Shown: one piece after another, positions 1 to 12,200 of the stretch | How the letters are laid out: every line of letters begins with the position of its first letter | Numbering within the stretch: the stretch's first letter is position 1 | Source of the DNA: Epithemia pelagica | Lineage: Eukaryota; Protista; Bacillariophyta | Reading direction: 5' to 3' | Length of the DNA stretch: 64,000 nt | Assembly (NCBI GenBank): GCA_946965045.2 | Contig: OX337235.1 | Span: 2,790,001 to 2,854,000 of the forward strand | Program-made: the position numbers and the translations under genes | The notes under the pieces: generated by a model | Told to the model about the DNA's origin: nothing | Databases searched by the model: none | Seen by the model: only the letters and a program-made list of their open reading frames with translations

Positions 1-310
1 AAATTGTTGTCTTGTAATGTCCTACTTATCACTCATTAGCTAAGCCCGACGAGTAATGTTGTGTACACTACATAACTTCTCAGTCTTGTGACTTGTGAGT
101 GTGAGCCATCGGTAAATAAGCTCAACGGCAAGGACTACGTGTAGCTGCTCGCCACAATAGGCTATAATATTCTTGAACAGCCCAATTCCCATTATTTGGT
201 CTATTTAACAGTACATCCAGTACCTCTCTAGTACAACATTACTGCAGAAGTACGAGTCGTGCTTCTATTTTGTCACGGTGCTCCCACGGGATGGTTCTCG
301 CAAACCTCAC

Positions 311-500
311 AAAATGAAGCGGACAAGACGACAAGCGGACAAGATGAAGCGACAAGCGGACAAGAAGACAAGACGACAAGCCGACAAGACGACAAGCGGA
401 CAAAACGACAAGCGGACAAAACGACAAGCGGACAAAACGACAAGCGGACAAAACGACAAGACGACAAGCGGACAAGACGACAAGCGGACAAACGACAATC
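311..500 (+). repeat. Tandem array of ~8/16-bp units (GACAAGCG / GACAAAAC / GACAAGAC) in the left arm
   Basis: ACGACAAGCGGACAAA recurs directly with variants. Confidence 0.95.
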
Positions 501-847
501 AAACCTTGATTTCCTTGATTTCCTTCTCTGCTCAGGAGATGAGTGTCTCCATTCCATCTTGCCTTTCAAACGCTTGTGGACTAACATCTGAGACAGTATC
601 CAACAGAGTATGTTTGCCGGTAACAACACAAACTTTGGGACATGACGTGGACAGTTTCAGAGTTCCCTTGGCTGGTGTGGTTTCCAGCATGCACCAGCCA
701 TGCGTCAAACCATAGAGAAGCTCTCCTCCAGCACGTATGTGCGGTGTTACCAATAAGCGATCGTTGACGTCCATTTATAATGGACATGGGCTGAACTACT
801 TGGTAGATTGCGAACGAGAATACCGCCGTGCTTGTTGCGTTTGGTTT

Positions 848-1038
848 GATTGTCGTTTTGTCCGCTTGTCGTTTTGTCCGCTTGTCGTCTTGTCGTTTTG
901 TCCGCTTGTCGTTTTGTCCGCTTGTCGTTTTGTCCGCTTGTCGTCTTGTCGGCTTGTCGTCTTGTCTTCTTGTCCGCTTTTCCGCTTGTCGTCTTGTCCG
1001 CTTCATCTTGTCCGCTTGTCGTCTTGTCCGCTTCATTT
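848..1038 (-). repeat. Inverted copy of the same tandem array in the right arm, with different unit order
   Basis: TTTGTCCGCTTGTCGT recurs; its translation differs from the left arm (RQADKKT vs RTRRQAEKRT), showing the arrays diverge. Confidence 0.95.
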
Positions 1039-1800
1039 TGTGAGGTTTGCGAGAACCATCCCGTGGGAGCACCGTGACAAAATAGAAGCACGACTCGTAC
1101 TTCTGCAGTAATGTTGTACTAGAGAGGTACTGGATGTACTGTTAAATAGACCAAATAATGGGAATTGGGCTGTTCAAGAATATTATAGCCTATTGTGGCG
1201 AGCAGCTACACGTAGTCCTTGCCGTTGAGCTTATTTACCGATGGCTCACACTCACAAGTCACAAGACTGAGAAGTTATGTAGTGTACACAACATTACTCG
1301 TCGGGCTTAGCTAATGAGTGATAAGTAGGACATTACAAGACAACAATTTCATCTTGTGTGTGTCATGAGGCTTAATACCGGGTGCACCATTTTTATTGCC
1401 CCGGTCTTTTGAACAAGAGACAATCGCCAAAACGACAAGGACTAGAGCTGTTTAGCTAGTACTAAGCTAAAATGCTGCCTTGTCTGCTAGCATAGGGCGC
1501 GTGAGGTCATAGCCGACATAGTTTCGCGTGTTCCAGCTCTCTCTAGCTAGAGAGAGAGTAGAGGTAGTTTCCTTGAGAAGACCAAAATGCAGCTCTGCCT
1601 GAACAGTGAACAGACAAGCGATATTGCGTTCGTGCATGGTGTGTGTGCTTCGCGTTGCAGTTGTCTCATCTCACAAAACCGGAATAGACACGGCCACCTC
1701 ACCACATCTGTCGAGTGGTTGATTGATTGATTGCCTCTGTCAACATTCTTGAGTTGGCCAATCATCACTCTTCCTGCGTTTGTTTCATAACATTAGAAGA

Positions 1801-2463
1801 ATGCCATCTTTAACAGCAGTGAACAACACAATAACAAGGCTCTTGAGTCCTCCGAGCAAAATTGCCCGGGCGTTGGACTGGAACAAGTTGACTGGCGCCA
1901 TTTTGTCGGTACATGTCGGTCTCCGAACAGTTGATCTGGCCGTTGCATCGCATCCAAGCGCATTTCACCCCGTCGATACCCTTCCGTCCATTCCAATCGA
2001 AATGGAAACGCGAAGAAACCAAAAAGTGCTGAAAGAGAATGTACTTTTGGAACTGAAAAATATTGTTGAAACACACAAAATATGTGGGATTGTTGTAAGT
2101 TGGCCGGTTCAAAAAGAGGGATGGTGCGGTGCAACATGCGGCAAGGTCCTGCATGTATTGGATCAAGTGGTGGAAGATACGAACATTTTGTCCGCCAAAC
2201 GCCCAATGTGTTTGTGGGATGGTCACCACTTCCGAGATGGCGGAGACGAATGGGGTCGCCTTGCGCTGTACGGTGTTCCAACCAACAAAACCATCCACAT
2301 GGCCAGCAAAGAGCAATACGAGGACGAAGGAATGCTAGCGGCTGACATCGCAACTGATTTCCTTAACTGCCACTGGCCAGACCTCACGCACAATCTGAAC
2401 AGGTCAACAGGAGTTTCTTCGAAAAGTTCCGAGATGCGAGGGACTGTCAATTCAAGAATATAG
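1801..2463 (+). CDS. YqgF/RuvX-like RNase H-fold protein, probably catalytically degenerate
   Basis: ILSVHVGLRTVDLAVA (cf. LxxDxGxxxxGxA), LKNIVETHKICGIVVSWP (cf. L..li.e..v..iVvGlP) and PMCLWD (cf. pv.lwDE). First ATG is at 1801. Confidence 0.7.
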   Translation: MPSLTAVNNTITRLLSPPSKIARALDWNKLTGAILSVHVGLRTVDLAVASHPSAFHPVDTLPSIPIEMETRRNQKVLKENVLLELKNIVETHKICGIVVSWPVQKEGWCGATCGKVLHVLDQVVEDTNILSAKRPMCLWDGHHFRDGGDEWGRLALYGVPTNKTIHMASKEQYEDEGMLAADIATDFLNCHWPDLTHNLNRSTGVSSKSSEMRGTVNSRI

Positions 2464-2813
2464 ATTCGCAACGTATACCACAGTCATTAGATGAAGGATA
2501 GAACTACACTCTAGAAATAACAATAAACCTAAGATTCCCTTGGAATACCCAGTTAGCACAGTCAATAACTTAGAAGATATTTTGTAAGAGAAGAGGACAA
2601 CCGCATCGAACTGAGGTTAATTGAGACTTAGAGGTAGCTCTACGTGTAGGAATACTTGAGATTGCATGCAACGCGGCATTGAACCAAGTACTGACCATTC
2701 CTTCCATTCTCTCTATACTGCGTCATGAAAGTTGGTATACCATCAAGCTGCTTGCTTTATGGAGGGTTATACACGGACTGGGAATTGGGAATGTGTTGGA
2801 AGCGTGAAAAAGG

Positions 2814-3552
2814 TACCCCCTAGCGGGGGTGGCTCATAGGGTGTAATTTCTCTGAGCCACCCCCATACCTATTATTTGCCAAAAATAACCTGTTTCCAGT
2901 CGGCCGGCATATCTCATTTCCTCCACCACGATAACAACACGGGCCATGGTGTTGCACAGGTTGTTGTGCACCTATTTGGACTCGTGAAACCTGTCTTCCT
3001 AGTCATAGACCTCAAACCAATAGTGTAGAATGCATCGGCATCACCAAAATCTAAAGGTTAAGGCTATTATGCATCAGACTCATAGGCGCCATGCCTCGTG
3101 GCACATGTACGGAAGCGACGTCTTGCCATTTCGAACGAAGCAACTCAAAGGGACTGTATGGCTCTTATCATGCATTGTTTGGACACATATTGGTACACAA
3201 TACACATCACAGTAGTAGTTACACAGTGTATTGATAGCAAAACAGCAACTCTCATGTATTATCACGCCATCATGGTCTCCTAGTGTGCCGTATTACAGCG
3301 TCACTGTATTGGTCATTTCCTAGAATGGCCCGCATGCACTGTGCCCCTCACAATGTACTGCCATGGTACCGGTATGAAGCATGTGATGGTCGGATCATGA
3401 TGGGGTGGCCGTAGGAGGTCACCAGCAACGACAAAGTTTGATTGTCGTGTTGTTATCGCGGTGGATGGAATGAGATCCGACTGGAGCCAGGAAAAAGGTA
3501 TGGGGGTGGTTCACAGAAACTACAACCTCAAAACCACCCTCGCTAGGGGGTA
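2814..3552. mobile_element. Non-autonomous Mutator-like (MULE) element/MITE, 739 bp, with ~110-130-bp imperfect TIRs and a 10-bp TSD
   Basis: Ends TACCCCCTAGCG...CGCTAGGGGGTA; TIR similarity continues to ATAACAACAC (~2940) and GTGTTGTTAT (~3447). A perfect GTGAAAAAGG direct repeat flanks it at 2804-2813 and 3553-3562. Confidence 0.85.
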
Positions 3553-3954
3553 GTGAAAAAGGGTACTCCTATCGCTGCCGCGGTAGGTAGCTCCAAGCTC
3601 CAAGGTAGTTCTCCCGGGCAATTTTATGAAATGGTCGCGTTGCGGTCTACTATGGATCGTATATTAAGCATTTCGAATGTACGACCAATACGCGAGTGAG
3701 GGGCCGATCACAATCACAAAGAGTACGTCATTTTGTGCCGATCCTGTCACGGCCCACAACAGTTCTCTCTTCTGACTTCTGACGTACTTGCAAGTTCTTG
3801 GCAACCGATGATATGATTCGATCTCGACACAGGAGAACCTATTTCGATTTCGTGGGTCGGTCTCGGAAGAGAACTTGATGGCACATCTGCTCTAGCGACA
3901 CAACTCTTGACCAACGACATCAAAAGTTGCATCTCAGAAAACAATTCGAGTACA

Positions 3955-4860
3955 ATGAAGATCTTTTGTAGCATCCTCACGGCGCTCAGCGCCGTTACTG
4001 GCGCTGGTGCTTTTTCGTTTACCACACCGAGATCCATGCAGTCCCCCACTGCCCTTTGGTCATCCACCCGAAGCCAAGCGGACGCGTTGAAACTGGGCAA
4101 GGCACCGGGTCAGTTGGCACAACCGATTGCGGGGCACGAAGGCAAGGTCATGATTCCGGATGACCTCCCCTTGGTGAGACTTGAAGGAGGCAAGACCATT
4201 CGAACATGGACCATGCCTCACGATTCGGAACGAATTGAGTATGTGGTAAAATCTGGTGGTCGTCCGCTGAATGCCCGAATCGAAATGTGGCTCGGACCGC
4301 ACCGTAGGATTCATGGTATGGACGTGTACTGCGAGGATGGCACTACTACTCCATTCAGAGCTTTACTCAAATTCAAGAAGGGCTCGACTACTTTTTCCAT
4401 CCGCAATATTGGGAAGGCAGAATATCCAATTTATGGTGGCTGCCGAGTGGCTAATAAAGAATGGAACAAAGCTCTTGAAGCCAACACGCTTGCTATTTTT
4501 AAGGCCAACACCCCTGTTCACATGCAGGGAGACAAAGCGATGCGTACCTTTCCCATTCCTGCGGACGTCAAAAGTGTACAAGTCATCTTGTGGTCCGGCG
4601 CTACTGGTAAGAAATCCACCAAGGCCAAGATTGAAGTGTTGCAGGCACCGAACAACAAGAAGCAAGCGTACGATCTTCACTGTGGAGGATCAAGTCAGCC
4701 ATACCATTGTATCTTTGAGACACCTGGAGAAGGAACTACACTTCGAATTTGGAACAAGAACAATTTGGAATTTCCATTTGAAGCTGTTGTTGTCCCTTAT
4801 GAGAAAGAAGATCCCACCCCAGGCATTCATCTGAACAAGAGTTTCTTCATGATGAACTAA
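3955..4860 (+). CDS. Signal/plastid-presequence protein of an algal family with two tandem homologous domains, function unknown
   Basis: MKIFCSILTALSAVTGAGAF is a signal peptide with an ASAF-like cleavage site. Two internal repeats: GRPLNARIEMWLGP...IRNIGKAEYP and KAKIEVLQAPNNKKQ...FETPGEG...IWNKNNLEFP. Confidence 0.8.
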   Translation: MKIFCSILTALSAVTGAGAFSFTTPRSMQSPTALWSSTRSQADALKLGKAPGQLAQPIAGHEGKVMIPDDLPLVRLEGGKTIRTWTMPHDSERIEYVVKSGGRPLNARIEMWLGPHRRIHGMDVYCEDGTTTPFRALLKFKKGSTTFSIRNIGKAEYPIYGGCRVANKEWNKALEANTLAIFKANTPVHMQGDKAMRTFPIPADVKSVQVILWSGATGKKSTKAKIEVLQAPNNKKQAYDLHCGGSSQPYHCIFETPGEGTTLRIWNKNNLEFPFEAVVVPYEKEDPTPGIHLNKSFFMMN

Positions 4861-5289
4861 AAATGGTGTAAACAGAGCCGAGATAATGGACCACGCGCAA
4901 GGTCCCCCGTGAAAAAGTAAGAAATCATCCTAATCTATACAAAATCAACGAGATCATCAACTATGGAGATGAGTGTAAAACTTCTCGTAGTCATACAGTA
5001 ATGGTAGTTCAATAATGACATCGGGATCCTCGATACAAACGCATCTCTATGGAGTCACCTGGAAACCTGAAAGTACAGATAAAAGGCGAAATGAAGGTAG
5101 TCTTTCATGGATCGTGGCATCACCGACCGGGAAACGAAAAAAGGAGTGTCAGTCGTCAGTTGTTTCATGCAGTCAGTATACTGGCGATTGTGCCCTGGAC
5201 GGACAGAACTGGAAAATGATGACGTGTCATCATGACATCATCCCCGGACAACCGCACTCGAACTCCAAGAGAATGGCAATTTTGCTTGT

Positions 5290-5766
5290 ATGATGACAAT
5301 GATGTTTGCTTCCCTCCAGTTGTCACTTTGCCTGGCTTTTATTGGCCTCTTGATCCGGGACGTATCGTCCTTGGTGGCACCCTCGGCGGCCTTATCCATC
5401 AGAACAAGCGGTCGGATTCGTCTTGGTCGTTGTGGCACCGACAACAACGACGTGCTGGTGTTGTACGGCGAAGGGACGGGCGGATGGGGGATTGGCAATT
5501 CTCGAGAAATGTTGCCCGAGGAATTTCGCAATCGAGGCGATCGTCGCGCCTTTGAAGGGTACCAATTATCGAACCGGGGTGATTTTATGCGACAAGTGGA
5601 ACGAGATGCCTCGGCCATGGTGGACCAGGAACTCGATGAATTGATGGGCGTGGCCCAGATTGCCGGAATCCGGGTCAAGGATCCGAGTACGAGGCTCAAT
5701 AAATTTGGAGACCAAGACTTGATGGATGATGACGACTTGGATTTGAGTGTCCCGTTGGAGGATTAG
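5290..5766 (+). CDS. Hypothetical protein with N-terminal signal peptide, possibly plastid-targeted
   Basis: 158-aa ORF with a hydrophobic N-terminus, an Ser/Arg-rich transit-like stretch, and a plausible globular core (GGWGIGNSREM...FEGYQL). Confidence 0.65.
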   Translation: MMTMMFASLQLSLCLAFIGLLIRDVSSLVAPSAALSIRTSGRIRLGRCGTDNNDVLVLYGEGTGGWGIGNSREMLPEEFRNRGDRRAFEGYQLSNRGDFMRQVERDASAMVDQELDELMGVAQIAGIRVKDPSTRLNKFGDQDLMDDDDLDLSVPLED

Positions 5767-6114
5767 AACGAGACACTGTCGGTACGAGGGACACTCTGGA
5801 AATCCTCTGGAACGGATGCATCGACTACCAGGTCGATCCATTCCTGGAGTCTCCCTTTTGTTGAAAAAAGCCGGATGGAGAGCTCGTGGAGTGGATGTAA
5901 TGGCTCTTGGTTTCCTTTGCGCTCCGAAATTCCACGGCCGAACGAACGCACAAAAATGCGGTCGAGACAAGGGAACCTGCGGGGCTTTTGGGCGCGCACG
6001 TACTACTACCATATGCTACTGTAAGGAGATGTTACACCTACATGGCATGGTACCTTGTAGGACTCCCTCGTAGGCTCGGCGAGCACAAGCACCGTCGTCG
6101 TTTGGTTTCGTGTA

Positions 6115-6756
6115 TTAAAAGAACATGAAGTGTTTGTGCACGGCTTCTTGGACATCCCACGTACACGACATGCCGGCTGGAAAGGTGACAAAGTCTCCCT
6201 TCTCGAACGTGGCGGCTTGTCGTCCATCGGTGGGAGTGACCGTCACTTTTCCCGCCAACAAGTAGGCCGATTCATTCTCTCCATAGGTCCAGGGGAAGGA
6301 ACCCGCGTCGCATCCCCAGGTACCCCAATCAACTGTGTAATAGAGACATGATGATCATGAGAATCATTATCGAATCCGAGTGTTGGGAGGGGCATAATGA
6401 TCCATGGATTGCGGGATTGTCCAGAGAACAACAAGACATGGAAGCAGAACAAATGAGACGTTTGGTCCCAATCATGGTCGTACCACGACTTCTCTCCTGT
6501 GGAAAGCGCGAGATATATATATAGAGAGATACTTACAGACACCCTTTTGCTTCAAAAATTCGGCATCGGGTTGACGAATGACTTCAATCTCGGGTTTGGT
6601 CGAGGATGCGAGGGCCGACGATGACATGGGGAACGCGACACCTGTATGACGCCGGTGACTGGGAGACGGAGAAATCACGGAAAAGGACGAGACAACCAAC
6701 ACGGGGGAATTGCAGATCCAAACAAGAAAGCCAAGAGTCACTCCCACCAGAATCAT
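6115..6756 (-). CDS. Cupin_3 (DUF861/EutQ-like) protein, two exons (6537-6756, 6115-6332), signal/plastid presequence
   Basis: Spliced by hand across a GT..AG intron at 6333-6536: KPEIEVIRQPDAEFLKQKGV-FDWGTWGCDAGSFPWTYGENESAYLLAGKVTVTPTDG...FEKGDFVTFPAGMSCTWDVQEAVHKHFMFF*. Confidence 0.9.
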
Positions 6757-7117
6757 GGTATTGCTGCAATGGTCGTCGTTCTATGATATTGGATGGATCT
6801 GTATGTATCTTTGTGGCGTCACTTTTGCGTGTAGTTCTGAGAATAGAGCAGTCGCGGAAAACGTTCGTGCCACCAAGAATCGCTGTTCTGTGGGCGAGGG
6901 TATCTTTGGTTTCGTTCGAATGGCTTTGATGGTTTACAGTGCCCGTCTCTTCTCTCTCTCTCTCTTGTGACAATGAAATACTGGACGCTTTGCATGGATG
7001 CTGGCCATCGTTTCTACCAGAATCTTCGCCTTGGCGTTCCACGTTCGCGGTCCGACTGTTCGGAGGGCAGACTACTAATCTCTTGGCCATGGTCGCAATG
7101 AATCTAGCAACGGACTG

Positions 7118-7923
7118 TTTTTTTATTTTAAGTGTGGTCTATATGTGGTGGGGCTCCTAAGCGGTTGGTATGCAAAGGAGAAGGGCGTCGTCTGCCGGCG
7201 GAAGGAAATCGTCAACAGACTGCGGTGAGTATAGTGGGGTGACTGGGGCAAAATGGGTGCGGGCGAGATAAGCCATCTGGGAAGTTGGTTCCTTGGGTTC
7301 TGTTCGCTGCCATTTGGTTGTTGGCATGGATTGCCAGTGCTGAGACAATGCTATGGGCCAGTGATGCTTTAGCATAGTGTGCCAGGGAATAAATGTTTGC
7401 TTCGGGGAAGATCATTTTCATGGTCCTGTTGGCTTTGGCAAGGAGGTTGGACGGGGACTGTGGGAGCTCCTGGTACCTGGTACAAGGCAAATGCTGCTGG
7501 GTGTGCTGTGCTCCGCGTTGGTTATTTTCCAAAATGTGGGCCAGTCCAGTTAGGTGGCTGTGTGGTGAAGGGGTGTGGGTGTTCAGTGTCAAACAACAGT
7601 CGGTGGGCAAAACAACCAAGGGAATCAAGGTGCTGGTCCACTGTGAATGGCACAAGGTAGATGCCGCTGTGGAGGAGATGGGTGGCAGTGTCACTGTCCC
7701 TGCAGTACTTGGTGCAAGCGGCATCATTGTGCGTCCTGGAGGCAGAAGTTGTGAGGGCATTGTTGTCAGACGGATCGTGGATGGGTACTCTTTGTGGCGG
7801 GAGTGGCACTGTGACACTGTGACATCAACAGTGATGTAGTGGAACGGCGCGTTGTGATGTGGGTCGGAAAGCAGAAGACCAATGTTAGCTTGCCGGATAT
7901 TCCGATTATGTTGGGGGGCGAGG
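7118..7923 (-). mobile_element. 3' remnant of a CRE-like (RLE-type) non-LTR retrotransposon with an A-rich tail
   Basis: RLE-like RQANIGLL...YITVDVTV and downstream YLVPFTVD.LxSLGxFAH. An A-rich tail (AAAATAAAAAAA on the minus strand) sits at 7118-7129. The frame is broken. Confidence 0.7.
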
Positions 7924-9257
7924 AACCGTTCAAAGAGGTCAACAGTAATGTCCAGCGCCGCTTGCACCCCCAGAGAATCCATTCCTGCAATGAGTCCGTC
8001 GTCGGTGTAAAACTGCCGAAGTGGCGTAGATGCCACTGGGGGTTCTTGGGTCTGGAGGTACCTCTCTCCCAAATGAAGTACTGCATCAACTATGATGTTG
8101 AAAACTGTTGGTGAGAGGATATCCCCCTGACGAACGCCTCGTTCCGTTGCGATCCTGTCGCCATAGCCACCGCCTGGTTTCGGTACCATACCACTGCCAT
8201 CCCATGCTTTGCGGAGGAGATTCACGCATCGCGGTCCGAGTCCGTAGTTTTCCAGCATACCAAAGAGTCGTTTGCGATCCACGGTGTCATAAGCCTTTGT
8301 CAGGTCCAAAAAGATTTGGTTTGATTCGTCGATTGATGACAGACGATACTAATTTATAGAGAACTTTGAGTAGTGCGATTCCTCTATATTTGCCTTCTTG
8401 TTCTTGTTTCGGAACCAGAACCAGCGGCGCATTCATGAAGTCTTGAGGTATCTCTCCATCCTGGAAAATTTGTTGAACTAGTTCCACTGCGATTGACCAC
8501 TGCAGTGCTTCCCCAAATAATTCTTCGGAAACGTCATCCCTTTCCTCCTCACTCCATGCGTGTTCTACGCGCTTAGCTGCCCTGGCCCATCGCTTCAAGT
8601 CATCGACCGTATCCCCGTTGCACCGGGAGCTTTGACCTGTTTCATAGACCCCAGGGCTGCTCAAATTTCATGTTCCTCCGGTACAGAGTCAGCGATTTCA
8701 TATTCCCGAATGACCCTAGCATTGGGCCTAATGTAGGTGCCAATAAGCCCAAAGGACTTTTCCCCGGATCTCAACACTGCCGAAACAGTATCGCGACCCC
8801 ATTGTTTAAATTGTTCGATGGAGAAACGCCGCCCTTTGATGAAGACTGGGCAAAACTCCCGCACACCGTGTAGCCAAAGTGATTTGTAGTGTGTTTATCG
8901 GACGTAAGCTTTGTCTCGGTCAGGACGGCAACATCAACATGCATCTCCTTGAGACCCCTGAGGGTGGCCTCGAGATTGCCATGGTGAGCACTTCGTATGT
9001 TTAAGGTTCCAATGAGAAGTGCGACTCCCGTAGAGCTTGTAAGAGAGCCTCCGTGTGACATGTTTGCCAACGGAACCCGGTAGTACTCAAAAATTCCAAT
9101 CTACTTTTGCAACTCTCGCCAACAAAACACGACGACAATGATGAAATTGCTGAACAGAACCGAATGAAACCGCCCCAAAAATCGCACCAACCCAGCAAAC
9201 CAGTCGAAGACAGGGGATGCACGAAAGCTTAGAGGCGTATCCCTTTACCATTAGTCT
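7924..9257 (-). mobile_element. RTE-like non-LTR copy A: internally deleted APE and RT fragments of a diverged subfamily
   Basis: IGTLNIRSAHHGNLE...VLTETKL (APE N-terminus), KYRGIALL, DLTKAYDTV, GVRQGDILSP and FYTDD, with large deletions between them. Confidence 0.85.
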
Positions 9258-12200
9258 GTCGAACTGTGTGTACTGTTGGTAGAGGAACCGATTGAAATTA
9301 CGGACATGGCTGGCTGTAGTCCGTTTGGTAGAATCTGAGAATGAGGGAGAGGTCTTCAAGTAGTTTAGATAGAAACGTTCCCATCGAAGATTGACGTAGT
9401 GCATGATGGGTTGAAGTCGTCCGCACCTTTGAAGTGTGCTTTGTGCGGACGGATAAACCCAGGTGAGGTCCTCCGGGTTATCCTCTGTGTACGTTCGATG
9501 AACGTACATCCTTGTCAGGTGCCGGGCACAACCGACATGGAAAGACGTAAGCAGCTGTTGTATTCGGGGCGTAAATGTCCACGTCTCGCTCCCGTACAGC
9601 CGGACAGTGGAAACAACCACCAGGTACATCCGGGTATGCATTGCCAGTGATGCGCGTTGAGAACGAAGGAGGCGTGAAAGTGTGCCCCATTTCGCCCGCG
9701 ATCTTTCAATATTCCGCTGGCATGCCTCTAAGTCATCATCCTCCGAATTGAGGACTCGTCCGAGGTACGTAAAAGAAGAAACTTGGCCAATGGGCTGGCC
9801 TTTGACAAAGAACTGCGGCAGGTTCGCGAGTTGTTCCGCCAAAGCATCAGCGGCCTTTCGGCCCTCGAATTTCCGTTTACCGTTCTGACAGACCACCGAA
9901 GCAAGACCTTTAACGTACTGGTTACATTGATTACATCAAATATAGCCCAACTCACCCAACACATGTATTTCGTCGACAGGGTGGCGCGCGGCAAAGTGTC
10001 TTCGCAACGCCGTGCTGGTTCCCGCCTCATAAGGGCAGAACGGTAGTACTGGGCATGCCATTGTTGTTTGTTTGGTTGGCTTTGAAACCACATAGTTCCG
10101 GGGTCCACTCGCACAAACTGGTGTGGGTGAATAGAAATCAATCCTCTGTGGGCCAACTATCTCAGGGTGTGTGTTTCGAATGTGTCGTTGAATAGCAAGA
10201 AACCATCTCGCGGCCGCGATCAAAATACGAATCGCGGTCTCCCGTTACCACGTTACAATACGCACCGTGCTGGATCCGTTGAACCCGGTGCTTGCCCGCA
10301 ACGTACATTCACTTTGTTTTTCTAATGTTAACCTCAATGCCAAACCGCTCAAAAATGTCAACGACTGCATCCAACGAGGCCTGTACTCCATCAGGGCCGA
10401 TCCCAGCAATCAACCCGTCGTCTGCATAATACTGCAGCAAAGGCAACTGTGCCTCTGAAAGTCCAGCCTCTCGCAATCGCTCCCGTTCCAAACGAAGAAC
10501 TGCATCGACCAACACGTTGAAAAGAGTAGGAGATATTATGTCACCTTGTCGGACTCCACGTGTTGTCGTGATGAATTGCCCGAACCTGCCACCACGCTTC
10601 GGCACCATCCCACTGTTATCCCAGGCATTACGTAACACCGCAATACACCTGGGCCCCAGGATCCCGTAATGCTCTAACATAGTAAACAATCGGTCACGGT
10701 CAACCGTATCGTAGGCCTTCGTCAAGTCCAAAAAGACCAAAAATGAAACTTCCCCTCTACACCGCGTTGCTTCAACGAGGAGTTTTGCTTCCGCTATCGC
10801 GGTGGTACAGCTCCTGTTGCACCAAAATCCGTGTACTCCTTTGTGCCAAGATACCGAGCTTGTGATTCTCCGATTGATGAGAGTGCTCGTAAGTTTGTAG
10901 AGGGTTTCCAATAATGCAATTCCGCGGAATTTTACAGGCTCCTGCTTTGGAATGAGCACCAGGGCCGCTTGTGAGAATTCCAGAGGGACGTCACCAAATT
11001 GAAAGATCTCTTGAACCATGTCAACTACTACCGACCAGTGAAGTGCCGCCCCAAAAGTCTCTTTGTCGATCTCCGGCTCTTCCGGCTCGCCTTGACGATG
11101 CCAGACTGTCTCCACTTTTCTCGCTGCTGTGGCCCAGCGTTTGATGTCCTCCACACGGATTCCAGTCGGGCCTGGGGCTTTCCCGTTGCGCATGGGCCCA
11201 AGTGGTGCCGCCCTGATCTCGTCCTCGTGTGGCACCTCATCAGATATTGCAAAACCTTCGCCCACCGGGTTTGGCGGGGGCTCTCCAACCTTGTTAAGAC
11301 TCTCGTCCTTCGAAAAAAGTGCTCCATATTCTTGTTCAATGGCCTCCATCTCGCATCGTGCGAAAGGGAGGTTGATACCCGCTTTCCTCTTGTACCATGC
11401 TGAAAGGACTTGCCATGCCCGTTTTGCGTCCGTTGGCACGAGCCTTTCAACCATCTCCAACATTTTGTTCATGCGGGCTCGTCGATCACGTTGGAGTAGT
11501 GCCGCCGTAACTCATTTTGCAGTTTCATACCGACGTCGTCGGTCTGCTGCATACTCCTTGTGTACAGCAGCACTGTTGCTTTTGTTTTGTGTTGTTGTTC
11601 TATGATGGCGAAGAGTGCTGCATTTCATTCCTTGTCTTCGTTTATCTGCTATTGCCGCCCAAGTGGTCCCTGATCCAATCACTTTGCAGTTTATGCGGCT
11701 TAGTCTCTTGCACATCGTTACCGAGGATCCGTAGTTTGTGACCAACCGCTGACCTCGGTTGTATTGGGACCGGCCACTGCCGAAGCTGCCACATCTTCTT
11801 CCGATGTAGTTTCAAGTCCCCAGCTGGTACATCCACGTATACCATTCGATGATCGGTGTTACACAGCCCCGAAAATCGAATCCTGTGGGTACACACCGGC
11901 ATAGATGGCGCCGCAAGGATATAATCGCAAACCGACCGGATCCTTTTGCCTTTCCGAACTTGCGACCACGTCCATATACCCGTGCCTCGTCGTTGGCAGA
12001 AACGACGACCGGTATCCTCTAACCCCAAAGAAGAAACCAAGGCACACACCGCCGAGCATCGCTTGCTTTCAGAAGCGGTTGTACCACGCAACAAATCCAT
12101 CTGGGTATCTGCCACCCGGTCAAGCTTGGCGTTGAAGTCTCCCAGTCGGAAGTATCCGATCCCACTGTCCCCCATGAATTTTGTTGCAGCCTCAATGTTG

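Larger units (their letters stand above)
1..1349. mobile_element. Foldback-like element: long inverted arms (1-505 and 843-1349) around a 337-bp unique spacer; may extend beyond the window start
   Basis: Bases 1-~310 are the reverse complement of ~1040-1349 (AAATTGTTGTCTTGTAATGTCC vs GGACATTACAAGACAACAATTT). The inner ends also pair (GACAATCAAACC at 494-505 vs GGTTTGATTGTC at 843-854). The left flank is not visible, so no TSD can be tested. Confidence 0.8.

Noticed and set aside
311-1038. CRISPR-like appearance of the repeats
   Set aside because: Units are contiguous with no unique spacers, there are no cas genes, and the context is eukaryotic.
239-1111. Many short ORFs over the inverted tandem arrays
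   Set aside because: They are translations of a stop-free microrepeat, mirrored on both strands, with no coding signature.
1547-1568. CTCTCTCTAGCTAGAGAGAG palindrome, with CTAGCTAG recurring in other intergenic regions
   Set aside because: Explained by microsatellite and low-complexity composition; no evidence of a discrete element.
2814-3552. Reading the MITE as a Tc1/mariner element with TA TSD
   Set aside because: TA is part of the inverted terminus, and an exact 10-bp direct repeat lies immediately outside it.
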